Origin: a virus
Taxonomy: Duplodnaviria; Caudoviricetes
Direction: 5' to 3' (one strand)
IMG/VR virus record: IMGVR_UViG_3300048854_000095
Location: 1 to 24,291 of that record
Length of the DNA stretch: 24,291 bases
Both the position numbers and the translations under genes were made by a program. The first letter of the stretch is position 1. Each line of letters begins with the position of its first letter. The notes under the pieces were generated by a model. The model saw only the letters and a program-made list of their open reading frames with translations. It searched no databases and was not told where the DNA came from. Positions 23,680-24,291 of the stretch are shown here, one piece after another.

Positions 23680-24291
23680 TTAAGCGTGCTTGATGTTGGC
23701 GAGTGCCGGGAAAGCAGTCAGCAGTTCGCTGGCTGACTTTTCATCGCTCGCAGAGTGGACCACCGGCGTGCTCTTGTTCGTGAGCAGCACATCGACGATG
23801 CCCGCATACGCGGCCTTATCGTGCTTCTCCGGCTCCATGCCGCCGACCTTCAGCGCGTGCGCGAAGATCGATTCAGCGGAGTCGAAGGCCATCGCGTCGA
23901 TGGTGCCCACGAGCGGGCGCACCTTCTCGGCGGCCTTGAAGCGGCCTTCGATCGAGGCGCGTACGCCATCGGTGGCGTCCTTGATCTTGGCGTCCATCGC
24001 CGCGGCGTTCTTCGCTGCTTCGGCTTTCTTCGCTTCCTCGGCGGTTTTCGCCACTTCGTCGTCGGCAGCGCTCGTGCCGCCTTCGAGCTTCGCGATTACC
24101 TGCTTCAGCAGCGAGACGACCTCGTTATCGGCGTCCTGCGTCGTATCGGTAGGCTGATCGCCGAGTGCCTGCACTTCCTCGAGCGCGGTTTCGAGCGCCT
24201 CTTCGACGGCCTCGGTGTCGAGCGATGCTTCATCCATCGCCACCAGCTTCTTGACGTGCGCTTTCAGCGCCGTATTCTGCTTGGGATTGAG
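23680..24291 (-). CDS. Scaffold / prohead protease C-terminal region (DUF2213-like), 5'-truncated by window edge
   Basis: Frame is open to the window end (LNPKQNTALKAHVKKLVAMDE...); acidic helical linker, then AAEKVRPLVG..AFDSAESIF..AL; upstream of the cement and capsid genes. Confidence 0.75.
   Translation of the reverse strand, partial: LNPKQNTALKAHVKKLVAMDEASLDTEAVEEALETALEEVQALGDQPTDTTQDADNEVVSLLKQVIAKLEGGTSAADDEVAKTAEEAKKAEAAKNAAAMDAKIKDATDGVRASIEGRFKAAEKVRPLVGTIDAMAFDSAESIFAHALKVGGMEPEKHDKAAYAGIVDVLLTNKSTPVVHSASDEKSASELLTAFPALANIKHA

Larger units (their letters stand above)
2175..24291. mobile_element. dusA-integrated myovirus prophage (left part; continues beyond the window)
   Basis: Integrase divergent from the dusA 5' end, followed by lysis, tail, baseplate, neck and capsid modules. 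Left boundary is approximate because the partner att site is outside the window. Confidence 0.92.

Noticed and set aside
1-24291. CRISPR array, IS element or rRNA
   Set aside because: No regularly spaced repeats, transposase motifs, terminal inverted repeats or rRNA-like sequence seen by eye.

Overview
GC-rich DNA of Burkholderiales style. Left end: the 3' part of an acyltransferase-3 gene, a probable phage-gene relic, tRNA-His(GTG) with its promoter and terminator, and dusA. From about 2.2 kb to beyond the right edge is a prophage inserted in the 5' end of dusA, with a divergently transcribed tyrosine integrase of the dusA-associated type. Reading inward, the prophage carries: a + strand two-gene accessory cassette (secreted Cys-rich CxxCH protein and an unknown cytoplasmic protein); a - strand lysis cassette (membrane protein, holin, SAR-type GH24 endolysin, Cys/His metal-binding protein, Rz with embedded Rz1); a + strand moron (sigma70 promoter with palindrome, XRE regulator, outer-membrane beta-barrel, acyltransferase-3); and a continuous - strand myovirus morphogenesis operon from scaffold/capsid to tail fibre and Tfa, including a -1 frameshifted tail chaperone absent from the ORF track. 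The best candidates for undescribed biology are the 3597-4288 cassette, the moron with its overlapping reading frames, the metal-binding gene inside the lysis cassette, and recurrent AT-rich patches within structural genes. All family names come from motif recognition and synteny, not from database searches.
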